IMG/VR virus record: IMGVR_UViG_3300037790_000013
Span: 1-36,942 of that record
Source of the DNA: a virus
Taxonomy: Duplodnaviria; Caudoviricetes
Direction: 5' to 3' (one strand)
Length of the DNA: 36,942 nt
Within the stretch, counting starts at the first letter, position 1. Each line of letters starts with the position of its first letter. This document shows positions 26,285-33,668 of the stretch, piece after piece. The notes under the pieces are model-generated. The model searched no databases, was not told the origin of the DNA, and saw only the letters and a program-made list of their open reading frames with translations. The translations under genes were made by a program, and so were the position numbers.

Positions 26285-26685
26285 TTCCCCTCCTCACTAT
26301 GCCAATCTAAAACGGCGTTGAACTTGGCTTCTTGGTGGTCTCTACCTTCACCGACTATCCAGCTGTCACCCATTGGAGATAAAGGGTAGGCATATTCAAC
26401 TTCTAGGTTTGCAGATCGACGTATAGTGCAGCTAACTGCCTTAACACATAATGCTTGGTGACATTCTTCAGCAAGCATCTTGCGAGCGACTTCGGAAGCT
26501 ACTCCTGACTGATCAATCAAGATTCTATGAACATCAGTCTTACTGTACTCGGGTCTAAGCTTAGGGATTGCTTCTATTAATTCATTCCACTCGTTTAAAC
26601 AGATTGAGCAAGTAAACTGATGTCCGGTTTTACTATTAACGCAGCCTTGCGTCATGCAGATAGCGGGTATTAGTGGGTTAGTCAT
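26281..26685 (-). CDS. Hypothetical Cys-rich protein
   Basis: Start re-called to MTNPL (GAGG RBS, ATGA coupling). Confidence 0.65.
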   Translation of the reverse strand: MTNPLIPAICMTQGCVNSKTGHQFTCSICLNEWNELIEAIPKLRPEYSKTDVHRILIDQSGVASEVARKMLAEECHQALCVKAVSCTIRRSANLEVEYAYPLSPMGDSWIVGEGRDHQEAKFNAVLDWHSEEGK

Positions 26686-26876
26686 AATATTACCGCCTCG
26701 ATTATTGCTTGAAGAACGACAGCGAACCAAGCCCCCAATGAAAACCAAGAGAAACGATCAATTAGTTTACTCTTCCTTGTTTGAGTTAAATTTGAATCCA
26801 GCTCAACCCCGTTAACGTAAGTAACGCCGTTCTTTTGAACTACTGTCAATCCGTTCATTTCTACAATACTTTCCAT
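26682..26876 (-). CDS. Small membrane protein
   Basis: Start MESIV after the upstream stop; C-terminal TM. Confidence 0.6.
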   Translation of the reverse strand: MESIVEMNGLTVVQKNGVTYVNGVELDSNLTQTRKSKLIDRFSWFSLGAWFAVVLQAIIEAVIL

Positions 26877-26878
26877 AC

Positions 26879-27265
26879 CTATTCCCCCGTAAGTGCTATG
26901 GCTGCTAGTAGGCAGCATGTATTTATGTCTTTGTGTCTAGCGACAGACTTGTATAATGGATCACCATCTTCTTTGACTACGTGTTCAATAGAGCCATCCG
27001 CCATCATTCTTGACGCCATGTATTTGCCATCCAGAACGATCACTACACCCTGATCAGCCAACCAATCACGCAGGCGGAGCTGTTGGACACCCCCGCTAGT
27101 TAGCTCCATATTTAATGGCTCATAAGTCCAGCAAAGACTCTCAACACATGCGTAAACATGCCCTTTCAAAGATCCAGTTGTACTAATTTTCCACTCGTTA
27201 TCATCATCAAAAGGCTCTACCGCCTCAGCCACCCTCAGCAGCTCTTCTGGTGTGTATCTGCTCAT
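26879..27265 (-). CDS. Hypothetical protein
   Basis: GGAG RBS, ATGA coupling. Confidence 0.7.
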   Translation of the reverse strand: MSRYTPEELLRVAEAVEPFDDDNEWKISTTGSLKGHVYACVESLCWTYEPLNMELTSGGVQQLRLRDWLADQGVVIVLDGKYMASRMMADGSIEHVVKEDGDPLYKSVARHKDINTCCLLAAIALTGE

Positions 27266-27429
27266 CTATTCTTCTCCATCTCTCTAAGGCAAAGCTTGCA
27301 AGTAACTTCTTTATCCTTTCTGGTTACATGATCTCTCACATACCCGCAGGCTGTTGAATTAGAGCGCTCAAAATCCGTTTGACCAAGAGAACTGAAGTCT
27401 CCGTGATATTTGTATTTATGAACCTTCAT
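27262..27429 (-). CDS. 55-aa putative zinc-binding protein (not in ORF track)
   Basis: MKVH...TACG...VTCKLCL; GGAGG RBS; ATGA overlaps at both ends. Confidence 0.7.
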   Translation of the reverse strand: MKVHKYKYHGDFSSLGQTDFERSNSTACGYVRDHVTRKDKEVTCKLCLREMEKNR

Positions 27430-27593
27430 CTATTCTTCCTCCGTGCTAGCTTCTGGGCTTTGCGCTTGGCTTTTACCTTTTTTGGAGCGCCTGTCTTGTG
27501 TCGTGGCATTTTCCCGCTGCCAGAGGGAACGTAAAGCGCTTGTGTAGCAATAGCTGTTGCACCTAATAACATTGTTTTGTTTTTTAGTGTCAT
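27426..27593 (-). CDS. 55-aa basic peptide (not in ORF track)
   Basis: MTLKNK...KKVKAKRKAQKLARRKNR; GGAGG RBS; coupled to the MTase stop. Confidence 0.65.
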   Translation of the reverse strand: MTLKNKTMLLGATAIATQALYVPSGSGKMPRHKTGAPKKVKAKRKAQKLARRKNR

Positions 27594-28045
27594 CACTCCC
27601 CCTCCTTGTTATCGTTACCTTTAAATACAATAACGGCGGACGGAAAAGGCGCGCTATTTTTTTGATCGCCAAATTTTAAACGGCCTTTTACAAATCTTAT
27701 ATCGCTAGACTTCATTGCGTAATCATGCCACCACTTTGTATCAGTCCTGCTGGGAACAAGACATACTACGGTTGCTCCAAGCTTTGAGCTTTCATGTGCT
27801 TTTTTCATCCATTTGCCTATTTCTCGCCCATAAGGAGGATTCATCCAGCAAACCCCATCCCACTCTTGGATTAACCCGTCTTTTTCCTTGTCAAAGTAGC
27901 GATCACATTTTGCGTTAGAAGAAGTTGCACATACATCTATATCAAAATTAAACTCACTATTTAATTTATCAAAAAACTCTTGAGGCGTTGCCCACATGTC
28001 TGTTTTTGATGAAAAATGCACTTTTATATTTGATTTATTATTCAT
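27593..28045 (-). CDS. Phage DNA N6-adenine methyltransferase
   Basis: WATPQ, DIDVCA, WMNPPY, LVPSRTDT.WW, GRLKF motifs; start re-called to 28045. Confidence 0.92.
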   Translation of the reverse strand: MNNKSNIKVHFSSKTDMWATPQEFFDKLNSEFNFDIDVCATSSNAKCDRYFDKEKDGLIQEWDGVCWMNPPYGREIGKWMKKAHESSKLGATVVCLVPSRTDTKWWHDYAMKSSDIRFVKGRLKFGDQKNSAPFPSAVIVFKGNDNKEGE

Positions 28046-28430
28046 TGTTATCGTTACCTTTGCGCAGGGTGTTGGCGTAGTCTTGAACGATTTCATATAG
28101 GTCTGACTTTTCCATGTCACTACGCCATTGTATGCTACTTACAAAGTCCTCAACCGCCTTGGCTTGGATTTCTGCTAGTGAAAAAGCCTTAGGGTGCGGA
28201 GTTAGTCTTTCTATTTCAGCCCTAAGCTCATCCCTTTCTTTCTCTAGTTGTTCTAAACGACCAGATTCATCATTAAAAGGGACGAAGCACACAGAAACGT
28301 TTCCAGAGTCAGAGAAAGCCCTATATACCCAGCCACCTAGAACTCTGAGCATGTGCTCATCGCTTGTCACACTTACCTCTTCGCCAACCTTCATAGTCAG
28401 CAATTTCTTATTAAAGTCTTCGTTATTCAT
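28038..28430 (-). CDS. Hypothetical protein
   Basis: AGGA RBS; downstream of a CRP-box promoter. Confidence 0.7.
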   Translation of the reverse strand: MNNEDFNKKLLTMKVGEEVSVTSDEHMLRVLGGWVYRAFSDSGNVSVCFVPFNDESGRLEQLEKERDELRAEIERLTPHPKAFSLAEIQAKAVEDFVSSIQWRSDMEKSDLYEIVQDYANTLRKGNDNNE

Positions 28431-28457
28431 CTATCTATCCTGTGTTGTTATGTCTTA

Positions 28458-28499
28458 ATTATAGTAATTTAGTTATTTGTTTCTGTGAGGTTGGTCACA
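28458..28499 (-). promoter_or_regulatory. CRP-box promoter
   Basis: TGTGA-CCAACC-TCACA GAAA, 20 bp, then TATAAT. Confidence 0.8.
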
Positions 28500-28506
28500 T
28501 TTTTGG

Positions 28507-28890
28507 TTATTGATTAGCCCCTAGTATTTCCTCATAAGAAGGCCTGACTCGCTCTTCGTAAGAGCCAATACTTCCATATAAAACACCTTTTTTTATCCAC
28601 AATTTATGATAGCCACGTGTTAAAGCCCTCTTATTTTTATCTAGTATGTAAAGACTTCCCTTTTTTCCTATGGTCAGATTACCCAGCATAGGATCAACAT
28701 ATATAGTATGCCAACTTTCAGGGCTGATTGATTTGGCAGATTCTATCCCTTCTTCTCTTTCTATTTCTTCAGATCTGCTATAAACATTCGATAAATCATA
28801 TCTATTAATCGAGGCGTCAAGCCTCAAAGCATCGATAATTATCTCTAGCTTTTTTATTCGCTGCTCTAAAGTTTTTGTTTTAACACTCAC
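28507..28890 (-). CDS. Hypothetical protein
   Basis: AGGAG RBS, GTG start, own promoter. Confidence 0.7.
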   Translation of the reverse strand: MSVKTKTLEQRIKKLEIIIDALRLDASINRYDLSNVYSRSEEIEREEGIESAKSISPESWHTIYVDPMLGNLTIGKKGSLYILDKNKRALTRGYHKLWIKKGVLYGSIGSYEERVRPSYEEILGANQ

Positions 28891-28915
28891 ATCTATCTCC
28901 TATTAAGTTTTAAGC

Positions 28916-28958
28916 ACTATAGCTAAGTAATGGATTAGTTTCTGTTAAGCAGGTCACA
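28916..28958 (-). promoter_or_regulatory. CRP-box promoter
   Basis: TGTGA-CCTGCT-TAACA GAAA, 21 bp, then TATAGT. Confidence 0.75.
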
Positions 28959-29160
28959 GTTTTAGAACAAAAACTAAAGCAATAGAAAAAATACTGTATG
29001 CCAAATAAGCTGCTAATTGCCTTTTAGTTATAGGGCATCCCTGGATTACTTTTTTTATACCGTAGTTGTACGAAAGCATTGCAAATGCAATAAATACAAT
29101 CATTGGCGCCATACCAACAGGTATTAGTAATGAAATAAGTAATACGTCAATAATTTCCAC
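28954..29160 (-). CDS. Two-TM membrane protein
   Basis: AGGAG RBS, two hydrophobic helices, own promoter. Confidence 0.7.
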   Translation of the reverse strand: MEIIDVLLISLLIPVGMAPMIVFIAFAMLSYNYGIKKVIQGCPITKRQLAAYLAYSIFSIALVFVLKL

Positions 29161-29183
29161 TTTTATCTCCTATGTTTTGAAAC

Positions 29184-29226
29184 ATGGTATCAATATGTTT
29201 AATTAGTTTCTGTTAAGTGCATCACA
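29184..29226 (-). promoter_or_regulatory. CRP-box promoter
   Basis: TGTGA-TGCACT-TAACA GAAA, 21 bp, then TG-A-TACCAT. Confidence 0.75.
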
Positions 29227-29236
29227 AAATTAGTAT

Positions 29237-29348
29237 TTGTAATTACTAAGGAGGGGTTGTATCATGGTGGGACTCCAGTGAATTTCTCGGTAAGATGAAT
29301 TGGTTGAAACCCCTAGATAATTGCAGTTGTCTAGGGGTTTATTTATTT
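29237..29348 (+). ncRNA. sigma70 promoter, ~75-nt sRNA and terminator
   Basis: TTGTAA-17-TATCAT (29237-29265); 14-bp hairpin AAACCCCTAGATAA/TTGTCTAGGGGTTT (29307-29340) followed by a T-rich tail. Confidence 0.55.
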
Positions 29349-29772
29349 ACTTGTCTTTTATTTTTTCAATTGCTCTGTCTAAAACTTCAATGTCAGCAAT
29401 AAATCTTTCAGAATAAGATTGACTTGGCTTGATGCATTGAACTGTTTTACCGGTTTCATTCATTACGTAACATCGGTCTTCGCCATGTAAATAAAAACTT
29501 TGTGATTCTCCTTTTTCGGATAATCCGTTTAATATTGCATAAGGCATTAATGAATGAAGCCTGTGCTCAACCAATGCTTGTTGAGCATCATTGTCTACCG
29601 CTCTCGGGTCTTCGTCAAAATGCTCAAAACGAACCACACCAGAATCGAGATACCCCTGCTTAAGAGCATTGCACTCATCAACATAGTTTTCTCCATTTTC
29701 ATGAATTATTTGAATTTCATTCCATGTTTTAAGAAACACATTACCTTCTGATTCTATCTTCAATATAAACAT
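29347..29772 (-). CDS. Hypothetical protein, first gene of the left arm
   Basis: AAGGT RBS; YVMNETGKT motif; TG-G-TATACT -10 upstream. Confidence 0.75.
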   Translation of the reverse strand: MFILKIESEGNVFLKTWNEIQIIHENGENYVDECNALKQGYLDSGVVRFEHFDEDPRAVDNDAQQALVEHRLHSLMPYAILNGLSEKGESQSFYLHGEDRCYVMNETGKTVQCIKPSQSYSERFIADIEVLDRAIEKIKDK

Positions 29773-29866
29773 ACTAATTACCTTCTATTAATTTCTACTA
29801 AGTACTACAGCTATAGTATACCACATAAACAGTTGTATTTTTCTTAAAACCTGCCACACTATTGAG

Positions 29867-29995
29867 GTGCAGCGTGATACCTGCATGAAAACATGATGTT
29901 GATTAAGGGTTATTAATACTCAGGTTCGGTGGGCTTCTATCTATCGACATCTGTGCCCCAGTATCAACGGGCTTGAGTATTAATAGCCTTTTTTT
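29867..29995 (+). ncRNA. Attenuator-like RNA: 5' hairpin, 23-bp terminator stem, loop pairing
   Basis: Promoter TTGTAT-16-(TGC)CACACT. Stem 29906-29928/29968-29990 has 5 G-U pairs and ends in a U-run. TGATAC and GTATCA are complementary. Confidence 0.7.
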
Positions 29996-29999
29996 ATGC

Positions 30000-30295
30000 C
30001 TACCACACTGTCGGGTTATTCTACTTAGACGTTACCAAAGTAAGCAGACAAGCTAATAAATCTCTGACCCACAGAATCCTGGGAAGTGAATAAAACACTA
30101 AATTGACAATAAGACTAGCCAACCTTTGATGACGGGATAAACAGCGTTTTATGGGACAACTATTATGTTGGGACTGAGACTTACCATCCAGAGCAGGAAG
30201 CTAAATTGGTTGCTGATGACTGTCTAGTCTGTAAATAGAATACACAATGGTGATATTGGGTTGTCCCAATAGTTATCAAAAGACCGATATTGTCT
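30000..30295 (+). ncRNA. Candidate long structured RNA or replication origin
   Basis: No ORF of 60 aa or more; five separate 7-10-bp long-range complementarities (see findings). Confidence 0.5.
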
Positions 30296-30316
30296 ATAAA
30301 AAAAAGAGAGAAAATA

Positions 30317-30586
30317 ATGAGTAACGAAAACGTGGTAAATGAGATAGTGGAGAATGGAACTCTTGAGTATCAAGAAGAAACTGTATCTATCCCAAAAAGC
30401 AAAGTAATAGCTACTATCAATGCATTAGTGGATGCAATAGAGAACACTGATGAGCTCCTTAGAGATCATTTAGCCGCACTAGGTGAAACCACCAGGAAGA
30501 ATAAGTTTGTAGCTGATGTTTACGGGGAAGACCTGGCTAAGATTAAAAGCTTACACCAATATTATGTTGACTTACTAAAAATGTGA
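30317..30586 (+). CDS. Hypothetical protein
   Basis: Start re-called to the ATG at 30317 (GAGAG RBS). Confidence 0.7.
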   Translation: MSNENVVNEIVENGTLEYQEETVSIPKSKVIATINALVDAIENTDELLRDHLAALGETTRKNKFVADVYGEDLAKIKSLHQYYVDLLKM

Positions 30587-30624
30587 CCAAGTTAACAGAA
30601 AGTAATTAAAAGATAAGTAATACT
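30582..30624 (+). promoter_or_regulatory. CRP-box promoter
   Basis: TGTGA-CCAAGT-TAACA GAAA, 21 bp, then AATACT (weaker -10). Confidence 0.65.
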
Positions 30625-30649
30625 AGATCTACGTTAAAGAGGAACAGAT

Positions 30650-30850
30650 ATGGAAACTTACAGAAACATAGTCACACTTACCGGCAACATTGTTGTTGAT
30701 GTAGAAGTTTTATATGAGCTAGACAATGGCAAGCCTGAGAATATGGAGATTTACCAAGTATTTAGTGACGGTACTCAAGATGAAATATCTCCCTCTCAGC
30801 AAGACGTAGATCTTATTGCAGACGATATTATTCGATCTATTCACTTATAG
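30650..30850 (+). CDS. Small acidic hypothetical protein
   Basis: GAGGA RBS; D/E-rich. Confidence 0.7.
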   Translation: METYRNIVTLTGNIVVDVEVLYELDNGKPENMEIYQVFSDGTQDEISPSQQDVDLIADDIIRSIHL

Positions 30851-30859
30851 GAGACAAGC

Positions 30860-31057
30860 ATGAAAAAGAAATACTTTATACAAATTAAGCAGGCAATTAC
30901 CGTTGAATGCATAATAAAATCTGAATCAATGGAAGATGCGCTAAAAGTAGCAACAGATATTGCTGAAAATGATCAGCTAATCAAACCAAGATCTAAAGCG
31001 TGGAATGATCTTGGTTATCTTGAATCACACGTAGTAGGGGTGCTTGATTGTGAATGA
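30860..31057 (+). CDS. Hypothetical protein
   Basis: AGGAG RBS. Confidence 0.7.
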   Translation: MKKKYFIQIKQAITVECIIKSESMEDALKVATDIAENDQLIKPRSKAWNDLGYLESHVVGVLDCE

Positions 31058-31153
31058 ACTACAAATAGACGCTAGAGCACGTGGATTAAAAAAACGTGTA
31101 TTACCTATGGCTACTAAGCGTAAGTTATTTGTTATAGGCAAAGGGTGGGCTAA

Positions 31154-31348
31154 ATGACACCTGAGCAAGAAGAATACCGCATGGAGCTGTCTAGGGCTTA
31201 TGTAGGCGATGCTAGAGGCTTCTTAGCAGCTGAGTGTGAGGCTATGATGCGTGGCAAGTTACCAATGGCTATTACAGAAGAACATCAAGCAGCGTGGCTA
31301 GCAGAGAGTGTAAAGCCTGTTGCTGATTTTATGGATAGGAGCTTCTAG
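31154..31348 (+). CDS. Hypothetical protein
   Basis: Fits operon packing. Confidence 0.6.
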   Translation: MTPEQEEYRMELSRAYVGDARGFLAAECEAMMRGKLPMAITEEHQAAWLAESVKPVADFMDRSF

Positions 31349-31420
31349 TGAGACGGATTGTTTTTAACCATGCAGATATGGCATGATTGCCATTCCTTTT
31401 ATTTGCGTGGATTCATTGTC

Positions 31421-31876
31421 ATGGATAAGGAAGAGCTAATGCAGCATTTCTATTACGACCCTGAGACAGGAGTATTTAGCAGAAAATCTCGAAAAAACTC
31501 TCATGGGTCTGTTGATGTATACGGTTATTTAATTTTAAAGATCAAAGGAAAGCAGTATAAGGCCCATAGAATGGCGTGGCTTTATGTCCACGGGGAGCTT
31601 CCTAATGGGTGTATTGATCACATTAATAGAGATAAATTGGATAATAGAATAGTTAACTTGCGATGCGTTAGCCAAGCTGAAAACACAAGAAATTCAACTA
31701 TAAAAACAAATATAAATACCGGATATAAAGGAGTTCATATAGACAGAACGGTAGGAACAAAAAAAAGATTTGCCACCAAAGTAAAAGGGAAGACATATAG
31801 GTTTTATTCTGCTTTGGAGGCGCACAAATTTAGACTGGAAAAACTAAAAGAGGAATATGGCGATGGCCACTTCTAA
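31421..31876 (+). CDS. HNH homing endonuclease
   Basis: YDPETGVF, AHRMAWLYVHG, IDHINRDKLDNRIVNLR...EN; start re-called to 31421. Confidence 0.92.
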   Translation: MDKEELMQHFYYDPETGVFSRKSRKNSHGSVDVYGYLILKIKGKQYKAHRMAWLYVHGELPNGCIDHINRDKLDNRIVNLRCVSQAENTRNSTIKTNINTGYKGVHIDRTVGTKKRFATKVKGKTYRFYSALEAHKFRLEKLKEEYGDGHF

Positions 31877-32537
31877 AAACAATTCTGTTTTCGATGAGTT
31901 AACAGAAATTCAAAAGACATTGAATGCTCCAAAAAATCAAACAAATAAGTTTGGTGGCTACAATTATAGGAGTTGTGAGGATATTTTGCAGGCTGTTAAG
32001 CCCTTGCTTAAAAATTGCTATATATCCATAAGCGACGACATCATGATGATCGGCGATAGATTTTATGTAAAGGCAACAGCCAGCATCACAGATGGCTACG
32101 AAACAATCAGCACTACAGCCTTTGCAAGGGAAGCGCTAACTAAAAAGGGCCAGGATGAAGCGCAGATTACAGGCTCAGCCAGCTCATACGCCCGCAAATA
32201 CGCACTCAATGGCTTATTGCTTATTGATGACAACAAAGACCCTGATACACGGGACAATAGTAAAGCGCATGAAGAAGCTGCGGATGCCAAGAAGCAAGCT
32301 ATCCTGGCGGCTAAAATACCCATTCTTAAGCGTTTGGATAAGTCAATACTTGCTATTAAAAATGGTATAGCAATGGGTGAATTGCAACCAGCAGCAGAAG
32401 CGTGGTTTGAGCTTGACGAAGAAGAGAAGGAAGCAGTGTGGTTGTCTCACAAAGATTATCCAGATCACGCACCACTTACAGGTGAAGAAAAGAAAGTAAT
32501 TAGAAGTGAATTTAAACAGTACAGACCAAAGGGGTAA
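31857..32537 (+). CDS. erf: ERF-family single-strand annealing recombinase
   Basis: [21 protein letters not shown]; [26 protein letters not shown]. Confidence 0.93.
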   Translation: MAMATSKNNSVFDELTEIQKTLNAPKNQTNKFGGYNYRSCEDILQAVKPLLKNCYISISDDIMMIGDRFYVKATASITDGYETISTTAFAREALTKKGQDEAQITGSASSYARKYALNGLLLIDDNKDPDTRDNSKAHEEAADAKKQAILAAKIPILKRLDKSILAIKNGIAMGELQPAAEAWFELDEEEKEAVWLSHKDYPDHAPLTGEEKKVIRSEFKQYRPKG

Positions 32538-32539
32538 CC

Positions 32540-32971
32540 ATGGCTAAAGGCATAAACAAAGTAATACTGGCGGGTCACTTGGGCCAAGATCCAGAAGTTA
32601 AATACACTGGAAGTGGTAGCGCAGTGACTAACATTAGTGTTGCCACATCAGAGCAGTGGAAAGACAAACAGTCCGGAGAGCAAAAAGATCGCACAGAGTG
32701 GCATAGAGTGGTTATGTTTAACCGCCTGGCTGAGATTGCAGGTGAATACTTGCGTAAAGGCTCCTTGGTCTATATAGAGGGAAAACTGCAAACTCGTAAA
32801 TGGCAAGATAAGAACGGCACAGACCACTACACAACAGAGATTGTTGCTAATGACATGCAGATGTTAGGCGGCAAAGGTCAAGCGCCACAAGGCCAGCAGG
32901 AGCAGGAACCGCATACGCCTAAACCTTCTCCGATGCCTACGGATGACTTCGAAGATGACATACCATTTTAA
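32540..32971 (+). CDS. ssb: Single-stranded DNA-binding protein
   Basis: [34 protein letters not shown]-terminal DDIPF. Confidence 0.97.
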   Translation: MAKGINKVILAGHLGQDPEVKYTGSGSAVTNISVATSEQWKDKQSGEQKDRTEWHRVVMFNRLAEIAGEYLRKGSLVYIEGKLQTRKWQDKNGTDHYTTEIVANDMQMLGGKGQAPQGQQEQEPHTPKPSPMPTDDFEDDIPF

Positions 32972-32974
32972 ATA

Positions 32975-33017
32975 TGTGACCAAGTTAACAGAAATAAAAA
33001 CACACCTGTAATATATT
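32975..33017 (+). promoter_or_regulatory. CRP-box promoter
   Basis: TGTGA-CCAAGT-TAACA GAAA (identical to the 30582 site), 21 bp, then TATATT. Confidence 0.75.
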
Positions 33018-33040
33018 TGCAGGTGTGAATAGGAGGAAGT

Positions 33041-33241
33041 ATGAAAAAAAGCATGATTGATATAGAAAGTATTTTTGATCAAATTGCTGTTAATAAACAT
33101 CTTTTTACAGCCGATAGCGATTTGGCTGTATATGGAAGCTCGGTAATAGAAATTAGCGAAGAAGGCATTAAAGAAATAGATTGCAAAGATATTTACAAAA
33201 AAGAGGATTCCAATGACACCCAATCAAAAAGCAGCACTTAA
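33041..33241 (+). CDS. Hypothetical protein
   Basis: AGGAGG RBS. Confidence 0.7.
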   Translation: MKKSMIDIESIFDQIAVNKHLFTADSDLAVYGSSVIEISEEGIKEIDCKDIYKKEDSNDTQSKSST

Positions 33242-33428
33242 ATCACTAGCTAACGGTAAAAGCTGCAACCGTGAATATGCTAAAGCTCTACAGCATTTAG
33301 GCTATGTAGAGTTTAAGCGTGGAGAGCCTAAGCTAACTACTGCTGGCCAGGAAAAGCATGATGACATTATTCGTGCTGAACTAAAGAGCGGTGTAAAAGC
33401 TTCTTTTGCTAATCATTTAAATAAATAG
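33213..33428 (+). CDS. Small winged-helix-like protein
   Basis: MTPNQ..AL; L...GYV.....LT.AG. Confidence 0.6.
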   Translation: MTPNQKAALKSLANGKSCNREYAKALQHLGYVEFKRGEPKLTTAGQEKHDDIIRAELKSGVKASFANHLNK

Positions 33429-33436
33429 GCGAGAGA

Positions 33437-33628
33437 ATGAGTGAAAAGGAAACGCTAGAAGAACGCATTAAATTAGCATCGGAATTAATGGACTCTTTAG
33501 ATGTTCCTGATAATGATAGATATGTTATGGATGTACACGGATGGACGCCTGTAAAAAGCGAAGAAAAAGACGCACATAAAGATTTAAACAAACAACTAAA
33601 ATGTGATGCAGTTCACAGAAATAAGTGA
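33437..33628 (+). CDS. Hypothetical protein
   Basis: Operon packing. Confidence 0.6.
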   Translation: MSEKETLEERIKLASELMDSLDVPDNDRYVMDVHGWTPVKSEEKDAHKDLNKQLKCDAVHRNK

Positions 33629-33644
33629 TAAGTTAGGATAATAT
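33602..33644 (+). promoter_or_regulatory. CRP-box promoter
   Basis: AAATGTGA-TGCAGT-TCACA GAAA, 21 bp, then TAATAT. Confidence 0.8.
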
Positions 33645-33668
33645 TAAAACATAAACAGAGGACATGAA

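Noticed and set aside
27430-27672. 80-aa ORF in the provided track
   Set aside because: It overlaps the MTase. The alternative frame 27426..27593 has an RBS and stop/start coupling at both ends.
30100-30235. Group I intron (AGACTA...TAGTC resembles P7)
   Set aside because: No interrupted gene, and I could not build convincing P3-P6 or splice sites. Kept only as an unclassified structured RNA.
30000-30295. Retron msr/msd or DGR template
   Set aside because: No reverse transcriptase in the genome, and no TR/VR repeat pair seen.
31889-31908. AGTTAACAGAAA in erf as a ninth CRP promoter
   Set aside because: It lacks the TGTGA half-site and lies inside a coding region.
15102-33644. The TGTGA...ACAGAAA repeats as a CRISPR array or iterons
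   Set aside because: They are dispersed, irregularly spaced, and each is tied to a -10 element.
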